Assembly: GCA_965277715.1 (NCBI GenBank)
Contig: OZ255836.1
Location: forward strand, 2,944,001 to 3,008,000
Reading direction: 5' to 3'
Length of the DNA stretch: 64,000 nucleotides
DNA from: Gammaproteobacteria bacterium
GTDB taxonomy: Bacteria > Pseudomonadota > Gammaproteobacteria > JBCCGL01
In this document: positions 61,512 to 64,000 of the stretch, one piece after another
Numbering within the stretch: position 1 is the stretch's first letter
How the letters are laid out: every line of letters starts with the position of its first letter
Notes under the pieces: model-generated
What the model was told of the DNA's origin: nothing
Databases searched by the model: none
Seen by the model: the letters and a program-made list of their open reading frames with translations, nothing else
Program-made: the position numbers and the translations under genes

Positions 61512-63536
61512 ATGACAACATACACCATTGGCATTGATACCGGTGGCACTTATACCGACGCGGCGATTGTTGACGCACGCAGCCACAAGGTGATCGCCTC
61601 GGCAAAAGCCTTGACCACTAAGGGTGATTTATCCCTGGGTGTCAGCGCAGCACTGGAAAACGTATTGCACGCCACCAGTGAGGGGTTTTCACGCAGTGAT
61701 ATTTCGCTGGTGTCGCTGTCGACCACCCTGGCCACCAATGCGCTGGTCGAGGGGCACGGTTCATCGGTGGCGACGTTTTTGATTGGTTTTGATCAGGGCA
61801 TGGTAGCGCGCACCGAGATCGATAGGGCAATACCCAGTGCACAGCTTGTCTGTGTCGATGGTGGGCATCTGTACACCGGCCAGGAACAGGCACCGCTGGA
61901 TGTTGCCGGGATCGAAACAGCACTGGCCGGGGCGGCGGGCAAGGTCGATGCCTACGCTGTCGCCTCGCACTATTCGGTGCGCAACCCTAACCATGAGCGC
62001 CGCGCCGCCGCGTTGATTAGCGAAAAAACCGGCTGCCCGGTCACTGCCTCCTGCGATTTATCCGATGCTCTCAATGGCCCACGGCGGGCGCTGACCGCGA
62101 CCTTTAATGCGCGCATTATTTCACTGATTGTGGCGCTCGAAGCGGCGGTGCGCACGGCGCTGAAAAACCTGGAAATCGATGCACAAATTATGATCGTAAA
62201 AGGCGATGGCTCAATTGCCAGCGCTGAGTCGGTCACCACCAAGCCTATCGAAACCATTCTCTCTGGCCCGGCGGCCAGCGTCATCGGGGCGCGCTTTCTA
62301 TCCGGTTTATCCGATTTTATTATCGCCGACATTGGCGGCACCACCTCTGACGTCGCCACGGTGAGAAAAGGCTGGCCAAGCCTCAACGAGCAAGGCTCTG
62401 ATGTGGGTGGGTTTCGCACCTTGGTTCAGGCCATCGATATGCAAACTGTCGGGCTTGGAGGTGACAGTGAGGTCGAGGTCGATTTCAAAGGCGTGGTCAG
62501 CTTGCGCAGTAATCGCGTGGTGCCGGTGGCATTGGTGGCGGATAAATGGCCACAGGTGTTGAGTCAGTTAGCGGCTGCCCTGAGTGAAAGTGGTGGTATG
62601 CGCGGCGCGATCAATTACATCCTGCTAACTGACGGGGCATCGGCAGGTGTGCTACCGGAGGATTTGAGCGATGCAGACCGGAAATTTCTCGCACGGCTCA
62701 ACCCGCAACAGCCCACCTTATATAGTGATGTTGTATACGGTGCGGCGGATCGTTCGCGGGTGCCACGGCTAGTGGATCGCGGCATTATTCAAATATCCGG
62801 CTTTACGCCAAGCGATGCTGCGCATGTGCTCGGCCTGCAATCACAGTGGTCACTACAGGGGGCGAGGCTGGCTTGCGAGCTTATGGGCAGGGCGACCGGT
62901 AAGGTAATCGGTGTCGATGTGCAGGAGGATGTGGAGAAATTTGCCGGGGATGTTCACCACGCCGTTGCGGCAAAAAGTGCCCGCCTATTAATCGAGCGAC
63001 TTGCGGGCAGGCGTTTCAGTGGCGATGATTCGTTGGTTAATGCGACTGCGCATGGCCAGTATTTTGTCGGTGACTTGAGCGTATCCTTAAAACCCACTAT
63101 CGACGTAATTGCGGTAGGTGGCCCGGCGGCTGTGTTTTATCCTGAAGTGGGTAAGCGGTTGGGTACTCAGGTCATTATCCCCAGCGGCAGTGAAGTTGCC
63201 AATGCCATTGGGGCGGCCATTGGCATGATTAAAGTGCGTGCGCTGGTGGAGATTACCAGCAGCGAGGCGGGGGGGTATTTGATTCACAGTGGTGGTGAGC
63301 CGGAATACTGCGAGCACAGCGCTGAGGCGATTGCCCGCGCTGAGGTGCTGGCGCGGGCAGCGGCGCAGCGTGAATCGATGATTATGGGAGGGAGTGAAGT
63401 GGAGATTGACGTTTCGGTTGAGCGTATTGATATTCCCGATATGGGTGAGGATATTAGTTTGATGGCGGCGACAATATGTGCTGAGGTGGTGAGTTTGCCG
63501 GATGAAAAAATAGTGCCTGGCACTCCCCAACCTTGA
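61512..63536 (+). CDS. Hydantoinase/oxoprolinase A-family protein
   Basis: GIDTGGTYTDA, STTLATNALVE, SGPAAS, DIGGTTSD, GLGGDS, VANAIGAA. Confidence 0.9.
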   Translation: MTTYTIGIDTGGTYTDAAIVDARSHKVIASAKALTTKGDLSLGVSAALENVLHATSEGFSRSDISLVSLSTTLATNALVEGHGSSVATFLIGFDQGMVARTEIDRAIPSAQLVCVDGGHLYTGQEQAPLDVAGIETALAGAAGKVDAYAVASHYSVRNPNHERRAAALISEKTGCPVTASCDLSDALNGPRRALTATFNARIISLIVALEAAVRTALKNLEIDAQIMIVKGDGSIASAESVTTKPIETILSGPAASVIGARFLSGLSDFIIADIGGTTSDVATVRKGWPSLNEQGSDVGGFRTLVQAIDMQTVGLGGDSEVEVDFKGVVSLRSNRVVPVALVADKWPQVLSQLAAALSESGGMRGAINYILLTDGASAGVLPEDLSDADRKFLARLNPQQPTLYSDVVYGAADRSRVPRLVDRGIIQISGFTPSDAAHVLGLQSQWSLQGARLACELMGRATGKVIGVDVQEDVEKFAGDVHHAVAAKSARLLIERLAGRRFSGDDSLVNATAHGQYFVGDLSVSLKPTIDVIAVGGPAAVFYPEVGKRLGTQVIIPSGSEVANAIGAAIGMIKVRALVEITSSEAGGYLIHSGGEPEYCEHSAEAIARAEVLARAAAQRESMIMGGSEVEIDVSVERIDIPDMGEDISLMAATICAEVVSLPDEKIVPGTPQP

Positions 63537-63700
63537 ATTAATATATGAGTTATCGCAGTTAATCTATTGAAATAAATAGTCTTCAATTCAAAATCGACAG
63601 CGCATTGGGTAAAGAACCTGCACGAAATAAATTCCGGGATTCGCAAATATATCGATTCACCTTATACAACCCACATAGAAACAAAAACCGGATACGCCAC

Positions 63701-63747
63701 CTAGACCTCATGTATTAACTGCACACAAGTAAATACATGATGTCTAG
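63701..63747. repeat. Palindrome family C, copy 4
   Basis: CTAGACCTCATGTATTAACTGCACACAAGTAAATACATGATGTCTAG. Confidence 0.85.
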
Positions 63748-64000
63748 CCACCCCCACGCCGATAATAAAAATCAAACCGCTGCATAAACTGCTCAGCGTC
63801 GGTTTGCGACGCACCACTAAAAACAAAATCCACCTGCATACGCGGCAGTACCATCAGGGCTGAGAGTCGTCGGGTGCTTTCAGCCCCCAGTGTAATCGTC
63901 AATACCCCGTGCCCGGCAATCGGCCCGATAACAATGTCATCACCATCAGCCCGGTAAGTACTGTCACCAATTGCCGTGGGCAGGATGCGAAAAAAATCCC
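63744..64000 (-). CDS. Hypothetical protein, C-terminal part (runs off the window)
   Basis: Manual translation DFFRILP...F..RFDFYYRRGGG*; the stop is the TAG of the repeat. Confidence 0.6.
   Translation of the reverse strand, partial: DFFRILPTAIGDSTYRADGDDIVIGPIAGHGVLTITLGAESTRRLSALMVLPRMQVDFVFSGASQTDAEQFMQRFDFYYRRGGG

Noticed and set aside
1-64000. CRISPR array or cas genes
   Set aside because: No regularly spaced direct repeats with unique spacers, and no Cas motifs seen.

Overview
64 kb from a gammaproteobacterial chromosome, probably a marine organism. The two arms hold mostly intact genes. The left arm (1-19.5 kb) has a betaine-type ABC permease, an agmatinase-like hydrolase, torS/torT, a SABATH-type methyltransferase, ubiE-ubiJ-ubiB and coaD. 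The right arm (41.5-64 kb) has a GcvT/DMG-dehydrogenase-like enzyme, nhaB, a RES-Xre TA pair, fadD, a GGDEF protein and an amine-catabolic cluster with an unusual flavin-reductase::LysR-effector-domain fusion. Between coaD and tRNA-Ser(CGA) lies a ~22 kb AT-richer, decayed island. It contains IS4, IS1111, IS3, ISL3, IS66 and ISNCY pieces; remnants of a P4-type integrase, a large serine recombinase and traL; an integrase-less integron array (attI-like site plus two cassettes); an MNT-HEPN gene; a LOG-EamA-Ham1 remnant; and an intact four-gene Arc/Zn-finger/GHKL-nuclease operon. The most notable signal is that many island junctions fall on a short TGACCCC/GGGGTCA-type motif. This motif forms the ends of RAYT-like HUH-Y1 transposase elements and of a ~92-bp mini-element. 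It is also the insertion site of an IS1111, whose right-end non-coding RNA carries readable guide-like sequences matching both that target and the element's own ends. Several palindromic MITE/REP-like repeat families occur in the core regions. All family assignments come from motif recognition by eye; no database searches were run.
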